A DNA stretch of 64,000 nucleotides from Antedon mediterranea (lineage: Eukaryota; Animalia; Echinodermata). The DNA lies in NCBI RefSeq assembly GCF_964355755.1, contig NC_092677.1:25283175-25347174 (forward strand), in the 5' to 3' direction. Below the pieces are notes generated by a model. The model was not told the DNA's origin, searched no databases, and was given only the letters and a program-made list of their open reading frames with translations. The position numbers and the translations under genes are program-made. Positions 1 to 11,107 of the stretch are shown here, piece by piece. Position 1 is the stretch's first letter, and each line of letters begins with the position of its first letter.

Positions 1-824
1 ATTACACCAAATAAAAATATGCATGTTCTGAACAATTTGGACCTAATCCCAATTTTCTATGATAAGCCATTACCGAGATATGATAAGACCAGGTCAAAGG
101 TCAAACTGCCAGAAACTGCAGTAGCGACCATTTTTGACAACATTTTCTGTTAGAGCAAATAGGAATGTATATATCGTGAACTATTTGACACCAAAATCTA
201 TACTCTATGACAAGCGGTTACAAAGTTATAGACTAATTTTAAAAAATAGCAGCCATTTTGGACGCCATCTTGGATTTCTCGGAGAGCACAAGGAGGATTT
301 TTCGGGACTTTTAGTATGATGTTCCAAGCATAGTTCTGGACCTTTCCTGCAAAAATTAGCTTGTTACCAGAAATGTCCGGGTCAAACCCTAATGCTCATG
401 GGCTAAATGTTAATTAGAATATACCATCGAAAAATTGCCATAGAAATTGATATTAATATGGTTAATGATAAACTGTTTTTTTTATAGTGGACTAACGGCG
501 CATACTCAAAGTGAATTGAATATCACGGTATTATTGTATGTATCTATACAAAGTGTGTGTATTTATTGTTGTACATCATTATTATTCTCGAGGGTAGTTT
601 ATCATTTGTTCGTTTTATTTAGTACGCCTGTCGTTATTGTTGGAGTATTATTATATTGGGGCATGAGCAGTCACAAAGAATGGTAAAAACCTACTCAATA
701 ATAATCTTAGCCTACGAGGTTTAAACATGAACATGTCTATTTAGCGAATCATCGAGATTGTTTTTTTGAAAGACAGTTCAGGAATGCATAAGTTTTAGTA
801 CGGGTATATTAGCTGCCAGACAAT

Positions 825-3789
825 ATGTCTTGTGACACTAAAGGCATATGCGATTTTTTCAAGAAACACTGGTCGATTGTAATAGTTTTTACTGCATTTA
901 TAAATAACATTTTTTATTCTGGATTCATACACAGCTACAACTTACTCTACCTTGAACTCCATAATACATTTAATTCAACGGCTACACAGACAGGTGAGTA
1001 TGTTTTGTCTCACATAGCGTTTCATACGTATCACAGTACGTATGATGGATAGAAACGTCGACTGACTGTGGAATACGCCAACAACATAAAAAAGAAAATA
1101 CCTGTAATCAAGGCAATCTAGCAAAAGGACACTGCGCTCTCCTTGTCATGATAGGAACTCGTAACAGTCCTTAGATATTATGTCTGGCTGCGACAAATAC
1201 CAACAGTACTGTACTATGTACATATGCGGCGCGTGGAACTGATCGTATCGCAGCCACAGATAAACCCTTTGATCCCCGGAGCTCAGCATCCTGTTGATGT
1301 TCGATTGCCTTGCTAGAGACGTAACAACAACATAATACTAAAATTGTAAATATATTTTCAGGTATTCCTGGAGCTGTATCAGTGTCGTTATTCAGTGGGT
1401 GCTGCATTTTCGTAACCTTTATCTTTCAAAAGATTGGGCACCAGAAGACCGTTATCCTCGGAGTCACACTCTGCTGTCTGGGACTGCTGGTGTCATCCTT
1501 TTCTCAGCGCATCACGTGGTTATATATTACATATGGTGTTTTCTATGGATTCGGTATCTGCTGTATATACATGAGCTTTACTGATAAAATTATGAGAAGT
1601 TTCAAAAAGAGATATTCATCAACGGTAACGTGTACAGCATTTATTGGTGCAAGTCTAGGTAAGACTTTAATACGAGTAAATATAATATTCTTAAAAGCTT
1701 TACGTCCTACTCCTTCATGGTGAACTGGGCCTTTGACTGAAGAGGCTACCCAGTATAAAGAAATAATAATAATAATAATAATAATAGAAAGAAAATAATA
1801 AATGATGACATTAAAATGCGTGCGCAGAATTACTCTTTTTACTCGGTAGTCTGCGAGTTACGCGTGCGCGTCCTGAAAGATCCCTACTAAAAACAACATG
1901 TGCGTTATTTTGTAGGTATTATGCTTGCACCTGTTATCGAATGGTTATACAAGCAGTATAAATGGAGAGTGACATTACGAATATTTAGCGGTGTATTCGC
2001 TGTAATTGGGTATTCATCAACACTGGTTTTAGTGGACTGTGAGTCGACGACACATGGACACTATAATGAAACAGAAGAAAGTGATGATAATGAAGAAGGA
2101 AAACAGAATAAAGATGAAAACAATTCTGAACATGAATGCAGACAGGATGAAGATACAAATGATTCTATTGAAAAGCTTGAACGAAAAGAAGAAGACAACT
2201 CACGGCAAAGTGATGGCAACAAAGACCACGATGACGGTGAACCCGTAATGTTCAAAGAGGTAGACCACACCAATGACGTCAGCAATGCGAAGATGTATGA
2301 AGAACCACCCCGTGTAAACGATGTATTACAGGACCTTGTGACAGTCAACGATGAGAAACATGAAATTTCAACTAGGCCTACTACTACAATGAGTTTATAC
2401 TTTCTAAAATACATAACTGTGTTCAGACGAAAGGATTTTGTAACAGCTTTACTAGGAGTACTGTTAACAGCCACTGCTGTACTGTTTTCGTATATCAGTG
2501 TTGTGAGTTCACATTGAAGCAATCCACACAGATTTTAGGGCCTTAAGCTCTGTCTACACTATCAAACTAGTTTGACAAAAAAGTGTGATGTGCCCAAATA
2601 TGGTAGTGGTATGACATCATCATGTCCATATATGGGCACATCACATTTTTTGTCACATAAACTTTGATAATGTGGACAGAGCTTTAGACCCAATAAATGT
2701 ATTACTAATCAATCATACCATTTTGTTAATAATAATATACTTTTTAGGCTATTTTCTAATTTACCGTGTCACCGTGTTTGACAACACAGAGCTTTTAGAC
2801 GTCCTCCTAGGCATGGGCTTACTATTCAGACAAAAGACCCCACAAACCTGTTTCAAAATAGACTTTGTTTAAGTTTGTTTCCTATACTATTATATTTAAC
2901 TTCTTCTAGGGAAACTTTCTGTTTCAAAAGGGCGTGGAGAAGGTAAATATATCCATCGTTATGCTTTGGATGGGTTTTGGTGACGTCATTGGAAGGATAC
3001 TGACAGCAGTATGTTCTGATAGACTTCCCGTGTCCAGACTTTGCCAATACGCAATAACTGACATCGTCGCAGCCGTAACGTCTATTTGTTTACCGTTCAT
3101 TTCGACTGAAAAGGGCCTTACAGTGGCCTTATTTGGTAAATATTCAGTTTATTAAAAGACAAATTAATAGTAGGCCTATAACATACATATACAGTATTAA
3201 ACAATAATCGTACCAGGTCTGTCGGTCCATAACTGCATCATGTCGGTAATTTTCTTTTAGTTCTAAGCATGCCTCGTGCTGTTTTAAACATTTTACCGGC
3301 AGCTCTATCAACGGAAATTTCGACGGATGAAACGCGACCTGAAGCAATGGCCCTTGTATATTTAATGTTCGGCATTGGGGCACTTATCACGCCATATATT
3401 ACAGGTACGATGTTATTGATATAACAATAATTATTCTATCGACAAAAATTACCAAACTAACCTAATTAACGCATGCGTGCCGTATGACGTAATATGTCAG
3501 GTAATATGTTCAGCGCGTAATCAAACATCGCCCGGAACTCCATTCCCCAACCCGTCCAAATAAAAATCCCGACCCGCTCCTGAAATAATCGGAATTTTAC
3601 TTTCTTATATTTCAAGATTCTATTTATGACGTCACTGGGACGTATGATTTGACCTGGATTATCTGTACAGCTCTTTACGTCATCGCAGCCATTTTCCTTT
3701 TACTTGCACTACACATTAAGAAACAAAACAACGTATTGGTTTACGATCGAGTGGAAAAAACAGAAATTAGGCCTACAGCAGAATTATGA
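825..3789 (+). CDS. SLC16/monocarboxylate-transporter-like MFS protein, copy 1 (6 exons)
   Basis: Exons 825-993, 1362-1658, 1916-2502, 2910-3135, 3261-3404, 3617-3789. All introns are GT-AG and phases are compatible. Multiple hydrophobic TM segments, LYITYGVFYGFG, a long acidic central loop, TM8 GDVIGR and C-terminal YDVTGTYD are typical of SLC16. Confidence 0.9.
2546..2683. mobile_element. MITE family B (AGCTCTGTCTACACT...AGTGTRGACAGAGCT), Harbinger-like
   Basis: TIRs with TTA target duplication. Other copies at ~9039-9176, 27666-27830, 32442-32737 (two), 36424-36926, 38642-38799, 50042-50205, 57017-57215. Confidence 0.85.
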
Positions 3790-4039
3790 TTATATTAAAA
3801 AAGAGTCTTTTTGTTGTTAGTAATATATAATAAGGAAGGGTAGTTTTAGATCGTATTAATGCACGAATTCTGTGTTTCATCGATTTTTTAGCTAAAATTG
3901 AAAACCTGGGCTTAAGTTATTATTATTTTGTGAAGAGCTACATGCATCAATGAGTTACATAAAAATAAATGCAGTACGATTATTTTCGCTACCCTATCAA
4001 TAATGGAATCTTCAATTGGTAAACAAAGTCGGTAGTGCA

Positions 4040-4770
4040 TGACGATGAACGACTTGGGGACAAACGACTTGGGGACAACCGACTTGATGATGAACAACTT
4101 TAGGACGAATGACTTAATGATAAACGACCTTATGATGAATGACTTGAGGGCGATCGACTTGAGGGCGAACGACTTGATGATGAACGACTTGGAGATAAAC
4201 AACTTCAAGACGAACGAAGTAAGTCTGTATTGCAATCATTGGTACTTGACGATGAACAACTTTAGGACGAATGACTTGAGGACAAACGACCTTATGATGA
4301 ATGACTTGAGGGCGAACGACTTGAAGACGAACGACTTGATGATGAACAACTTGAGGACAAATGACTTGACGATGAACAACTTTAGGACGAACGACTTGAA
4401 GAAGAACGACTTGAAGACGAACGACTTGGGGACGAACGACTTGATGGTGAACAACTTGAAGACAAACGACTTTATGATGAACAACTTTAGGACGAACGAC
4501 TTAATGATGAATGACTTGAGGACGAACGACTTAATGATGAATGATTTAATGATGAACGACTTAATGATGAATGACTTTAGGACGAACGACTTACTGATGA
4601 CTGACTTAATGATGAACGACTTGAGGACGAACGACTTGAAGACGAACGACTTGAAGACGAATGACTTGAGGACGAACGACTAGAAGTCGAACCACTTTGA
4701 GACGAACGACTCGAGGACAAACGACTTAATGATTAATGACGTAACGACGAATGACTTGAAGACGAACGGG
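4040..4770. repeat. 15-bp minisatellite (GACGAACGACTTGAT/G), decaying to ~5070
   Basis: Dozens of 15-nt units. They produce the repetitive ORFs 4039-4683 (+) and 3912-4484 (-). Confidence 0.9.
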
Positions 4771-5159
4771 TTGGCTTGGTCATGAAACAAATAGATTCAT
4801 GATGATTGGTTTGGCTTCACGGTGATTGGTCTGGCGATGAACAATTTGACTTTATGGTGAAGGGTTTGGTTTCGCGATGAACGATCTGGCTTCACGATGA
4901 ATGATTTTTCGATAAATCGTTTGACTTGACGGCGACCGATGTGACTTCACGATGAATGGGTTGGTTTGACGATGAATGATTTCACATGACAATGCATGGC
5001 TTGACAATGAATGGTTTTACTTGACAATGAATTGAATGAAATGATAATAAATGGTGTGGCTGGACGGTGAATGATGTAGGTTCAGGTTGATTGTTTACAT
5101 GAATGTATTGTTGTTGAATGGTATGGATTGAGGACTTTTGGCGGATTTGGCTTGCCATA

Positions 5160-6302
5160 CAGTTTCTCCTAAAATGCTCGGAAGTAAGTTAATTTATTGA
5201 AAATTATAAAAATCAAAGAGCTGCATAGGCAGAGTATATGAATACTGTAGATAAAATCAAAAACAAAATTTTAACTCTGCCTTAAAACATGTTTTGGGCA
5301 TAGCACGTCATCAGGTAAAGTGAATTGTTACAACAAGAAAATATGAAGTCAACAAAGAACAACTGTCAGTGGCTAATCAAAGTTGGTTAAAACAAAAGAC
5401 AATTGGAAAATACCTATGTACATGGCACATCCGGATTGTCTGCAATTTTTAGATTAGATTTTTATATGCGACTCTATAGCTCACGATGTCGGTTGGTAAA
5501 CACTATAACTCATATTCATATTTTTTCGTTATTTAGACAATGGATATTAATACTTGGATGCAAATATAAATGTTTTTCAAAAATGTTCAACATTTTAAAA
5601 CATTTTCAGCAATTTCGGTTAGTCGGTCGGTCGGTAAACACTAACTCATATTTACATTCCTTGTTTTAAATGTTCGTTATATGGTTTATTTATGATAAAA
5701 AGAGAATATCTTGGTGTTTGTTGCTTTTTTCACATCATTATCATCATGTTCAGCTGTATGGGTGTTGTTGCATGTTTGCCCAAACCAGTTATGACGTTAA
5801 TTTGTTTTCATCTTTAAATAGTTAAAAAGTTAAAGTCTAGGCTTGCCAGTTAGAGAACATTCAAGAGTGCATTCTCTTTTAAAACAAGGAATGACCTGGT
5901 TTCATGTTTCTAAATGCATTATTTTTACAAATAAAATGGTCTTTACATTTGTTTTTGACAATCCGGAGTATAATATATGCCATGTACATACTCTAGTGTT
6001 TGCCAATTGGGCATTTTCATGCAAAATGTATATGACCAGGTCTGAAAATTTCATTTTCACAGTATCATAACGTCTATACATTTCATAAATTACATAAAAG
6101 TTATACTTCTATGAACAAAAATAATTATGTAATTTCTATAATAAAATAATAAAAAATAACGTTGTGATTTCAACAAAACACTAATTCGCGTATGTAACAC
6201 GAGTTAAAACTTTAATTTTATTCATATACTCTGCCTATGCAACTCTTTGATTTTTAAAATTTTCAATAATTCAACTTACTTCTGAGCATTTTAGGGCAAA
6301 CT
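5160..6302. mobile_element. Non-autonomous TIR element with ~85-bp TIRs, Tc1/mariner-like
   Basis: 5160-5243 (TA|CAGTTTCTCCTAAAATGCTCGGAAGTAAG...GGCAGAGTATATGAATA) is the reverse complement of ~6219-6302. No transposase inside. Confidence 0.75.
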
Positions 6303-6868
6303 TTTGTATTAGACTAAATAGAAATGTATATGTTCCAAACAATTTGACACCAAAAGTAACGCTATACGACAAATACTGTCTCGAGATACGGTAAAAGATA
6401 TATGAATAGGTCAATAAGAGGTCAATAACCTCACTTCCGGTCATTTTGGGATAAAATATTTCATTACACCAAATAAAAATATGCATGTTCTGAACAATTT
6501 GGACCTAATCCCAATTTTCTATGATAAGCCATTACCGAGATATGATAAGACCAGGTCAAAGGTCAAACTGCCAGAAACTGCAGTAGCGACCATTTTTTGA
6601 CAACATTTTCTGTTAGAGCAAATAGGAATGTATATATCGTGAACTATTTGACACCAAAATCAATACTCTATGACAAGCGGTTACAAAGTTATAGACTAAT
6701 TTAAAAAAATAGCAGCCATTTTGGACGCCATCTTGGATTTCTCGGAGAGCACAAGGAGGATTTTTCGGGACTTTTAGTATGATGTTCCAAGCATAGTTCT
6801 GGACCTTTCCTGCAAAAATTAGCTTGTTACCAGAAATGTCCGGGTCAAACTCTAATGCTCATGGGCTA
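6303..6868. mobile_element. DNA-transposon end fragment (possibly Academ-like); duplicate at 1-405
   Basis: Internal ~155-bp subrepeats, GGTCAAAGGTCAA and GCCATTTTG motifs, terminus ...GCTCATGGGCTA. Family assigned from the terminal CTA only. Confidence 0.4.
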
Positions 6869-7292
6869 AATGTTAATTAGAATATACCATCGAAAAATTG
6901 CCATAGAAATTGATATTAATATGGTTAATGATAAACTGTTTTTATAATAGTGGACTAACGGCGCATACTCAAAGTGAATTGAATATCACGGTTTTATTGT
7001 ATGTATCTATACAAAGTGTGTGTATTTATTGTTGTACAGTATATCATTATTATTCTCGAGGGTAGTTTATCATTTGTTCGTTTTATTTAGTACGCCTGTC
7101 GTTATTGTTGGAGTATTATTATATTGGGGCATGAGCAGTCACAAAGAATGGTAAAAACCTACTCAATAATAATCTTAGCCTACGAGGTTTAAACATGAAC
7201 ATGTCTATTTAGCGAATCATCGAGATTGTTTTTTTGAAAGACAGTTCAGGAATGCATAAGTTTTAGTACGGGTATATTAGCTGCCAGACAAT

Positions 7293-10270
7293 ATGTCTTG
7301 TGACACTAAAGGCATATGCGATTTTTTCAAGAAACACTGGTCGATTGTAATAGTTTTTACAGCATTTATAAATAACATTTTTTATTCTGGATTCATACAC
7401 AGCTACAACTTACTCTACCTTGAACTCCATAATACATTTAATTCAACGGCTACACAGACAGGTGAGTATGTTTTGTCTCACATAGCGTTTCATACGTATC
7501 ACAGTACGTATGCTGGATAGAAACGTCGACTGACTGTGGAATACGCCAACAACATAAAAAAGAAAATACCTGTAATCAAGGCAATCTAGCAAAAGGACAC
7601 TGCGCTCTCCTTGTCATGATAGGAACTCGTAACAGTCCTTAGATATTATGTCTCGCTGCGACAAATATCAAAAGATTTGTACTATGTACATCAGCGGCGC
7701 GCGGTGTCTGTTAAGGGGCGTGGAACTGATCGTGTCGCAGCCACAGATAAACCCTTTGATCCCCGGAGCTCAGCATCCTGTTGATGTTCGATTGCCTTGC
7801 TAGATACGTAACCACAACATAATATTAAAATTGTAAATATATTTTCAGGTATTCCTGGAGCTGTATCAGTGTCGTTATTCAGTGGGTGCTGCATTTTCGT
7901 AACCTTTATCTTTCAAAAGATTGGGCACCAGAAGACCGTTATCCTCGGAGTCACACTCTGCTGTCTGGGACTGCTGGTGTCATCCTTTTCTCAGCGCATC
8001 ACGTGGTTATATATTACATATGGTGTTTTCTATGGATTCGGTATCTGCTGTATATACATGAGCTTTACTGATAAAATTATGAGAAGTTTCAAAAAGAGAT
8101 ATTCATCAACGGTAACGTGTACAGCATTTATTGGTGCAAGTCTAGGTAAGACTTTAATACGAGTAAATATAATATTCTTAAAAGCTTTACGTCCTACTCC
8201 TTCATGGTGAACTGGGCCTTTGACTGAAGAGGCTACCCAGTATAAAGAAATAATAATAATAATAATAATAATAGAAAGAAAATAATAAATGATGACATTA
8301 AAATGCGTGCGCAGAATTACTCTTTTTACTCGGTAGTCTGCGAGTTACGCGTGCGCGTCCTGAAAGATCCCTACTAAAAACGACATGTGCGTTATTTTGT
8401 AGGTATTATGCTTGCACCTGTTATCGAATGGTTATACAAGCAGTATAAATGGAGAGTGACATTACGAATATTTAGCGGTGTATTCGCTGTAATTGGGTAT
8501 TCATCAACACTGGTTTTAGTGGACTGTGAGTCGACGACACATGGACACTATAATGAAACAGAAGAAAGTGATGATAATGAAGAAGGAAAACAGAATAAAG
8601 ATGAAAACAATTCTGAACATGAAGGCAGACAGGATGAAGATACAAATGATTCTATTGAAAAGCTTGAACGAAAAGAAGAAGAAAACTCAGAGCAAAGTGA
8701 TGACAACAAAGAAAATGACCACAATGATGGCGAACCCGTAATGTTCAAAGAGGTAGACCACACTAATGACGTCAGCAATGATAAGATGTATGAAGAACCA
8801 CCACGTGTAAACGATGTATTACAGGACCTTGTGACAGTCAACGATGAGAAACATGAAATTTCAACTAGGCCTACTACTACAATGAGTTTATACTTTCTAA
8901 AATACATAACTGTGTTCAGACGAAAGGATTTTGTAACAGCTTTACTAGGAGTACTGTTAACAGCCACTGCTGTATTGTTTTCGTATATCAGTGTTGTGAG
9001 TTCACATTGAAGCAATCCACACAGATTTTAGGGCCTTAAGCTCTGTCTACACTATCAAACTAGTTTGACAAAAAAGTGTGATGTGCCCAAATATGGTAGT
9101 GGTATGACATCATCATGTCCATATATGGGCACATCACATTTTTTGTCACATAAACTTTGATAATGTGGACAGAGCTTTAGACCCAATAAATGTATTACTA
9201 ATCAATCATACCATTTTGTTAATAATAATATACTTTTTAGGCTATTTTCCAATTTACCATGTCACCGTGTTTGACAACACAGAGCTTTTAGACGACCTCC
9301 TAGGCATGGGCTTACTATTCAGACAAAAGACCCCACAAACCTGTTTCAAAATAGACTTTGTTTAAGTTTGTTTCCTATACTATTATATTTAACTTCTTCT
9401 AGGGAAACTTTCTGTTTCAAAAGGGCGTGGAGAAGGTAAATATATCCATCGTTATGCTTTGGATGGGTTTTGGTGACGTCATTGGAAGGATACTGACAGC
9501 AGTATGTTCTGATAGACTTCCCGTGTCCAGACTTTGCCAATACGCAATAACTGACATCGTCGCAGCCGTAACGTCTATTTGTTTACCGTTCATTTCGACT
9601 GAAAAGGGCCTTACAGTGGCCTTATTTGGTAAATATTCAGTTTATTAAAAGACAAATTAATAGTAGGCCTATAACATACATATACAGTATTAAACAATAA
9701 TCGTACCAGGTCTGTCGGTCAATAACTGCATCATGTCGATACTTTTCTTTTAGTTCTAAGCATGCCTCGTGCTGTTTTAAACATTTTACCGGCAGCTCTA
9801 TCAACGGAAATTTCAACGGATGAAACGCGACCTGAAGCAATGGCCCTTGTATATTTAATGTTCGGCATTGGGGCACTTATCACGCCATATATTACAGGTA
9901 AGATGTTATTGATATAACAATAATAATTATATCGACAAAAATTACCAAACTAACCAAATTAACGCATGCGTGCCGTATGACGTAATATGTCAGGTCATAG
10001 TTCAGCGCGTAATCAAACATCGCCCGGAACTCCATTCCCCAACCCGTCCAAATAAAAATCGCGCTCCTGAAATAATCGGAATTTTACTTTCTTATATTTC
10101 AAGATTCTATTTATGACGTCACTGGGACGTATGACCTGACCTGGATTATCTGTACAGCTCTTTACGTCATCGCAGCCATTTTCTTTTTACTTGCATTACA
10201 CATTAAGAAACAAAACAACGTATTGGTTTACGATCGAGTGGAAAAAACAGAAATTACAGCAGAATTATGA
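7293..10270 (+). CDS. SLC16-like transporter, copy 2 (near-identical duplicate of copy 1)
   Basis: Exons 7293-7461, 7849-8145, 8403-8995, 9403-9628, 9754-9897, 10104-10270. Same splice sites as copy 1 and an intact frame. Confidence 0.9.
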
Positions 10271-11107
10271 TTATATTAAAAAAGAGTCTTTTTGTTGTTA
10301 GTAAATAATAAGGAAGGGTAGTTTTAGATCGTATTAATTCACGTTATAAATGAGACGGATGCTATCACTTTGCTAACTTTTATTTTTAAATAACGGCCGG
10401 AAAATTAGTAGCCTAGAGGTCTCCCTCCTCCAATTAAAGACCACTTTTTAGACTATAATGGCCTTTTTAGTAGCTTTGTTATCAATTCCTCCAAATAAAT
10501 ACAGTATTTAAATTACCATGTTTAGAGGAAAATTAAATGTCAAAATATAGTTATCTTGCTCTCCAAAGGGTGTGAGGGTCTGTTTGGTGTGTATGACCTT
10601 CTGTCCATTTGTGTGTATTCAAAAGTTTCAGTATTTTTGTCTGATTTCTTGGAATTATTTTCTACCCCAAAACTGCATTAATGTTAATAATAAGCACTTT
10701 AAATTAATGTGCCGCGCTCAGACATAATGCATAAGCGACGCGGTGCTTTTTTTACCGGGATTAAATAATAATGTATATGTATTTTATAGTCTGTGTTTTA
10801 GTTATTACAATATCTGTAGAATAGGCCTATCATACCATGAAACGTCATACTTGAACAGTTGCAAAGTGGATCAAACCAGTTGGACTATATCAGTGTTTGG
10901 TTGTAATAGTCATTTAGAAATCATAATTTGAATTGACCTGGAGCAATAATGTGTGACGTCACGAACATAAAACACACGTTGACGACTTGCCCTGAAGTTG
11001 TCGGTTTCAACACATGTGACGATCGCTGATCCTATCATAGAGCAATGATCCGATGAACTGGTAGGCCCAGGGACATCAATATCGTTCCACTGAGTGAACT
11101 CAAAATC

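Larger units (their letters stand above)
1..10342 (+). repeat. Tandem segmental duplication, period ~6.47 kb (1-~3860 matches ~6463-10342)
   Basis: Near-identical upstream DNA, exons, introns and a shared MITE. Similarity ends after GATCGTATTAAT at ~3860 and ~10340. Confidence 0.95.

Noticed and set aside
2061-2522. Antisense ORFs over exon 3 (also 8548-9015, 14274-14624, 22273-22620)
   Set aside because: These are shadows of the acidic coding loop on the + strand.
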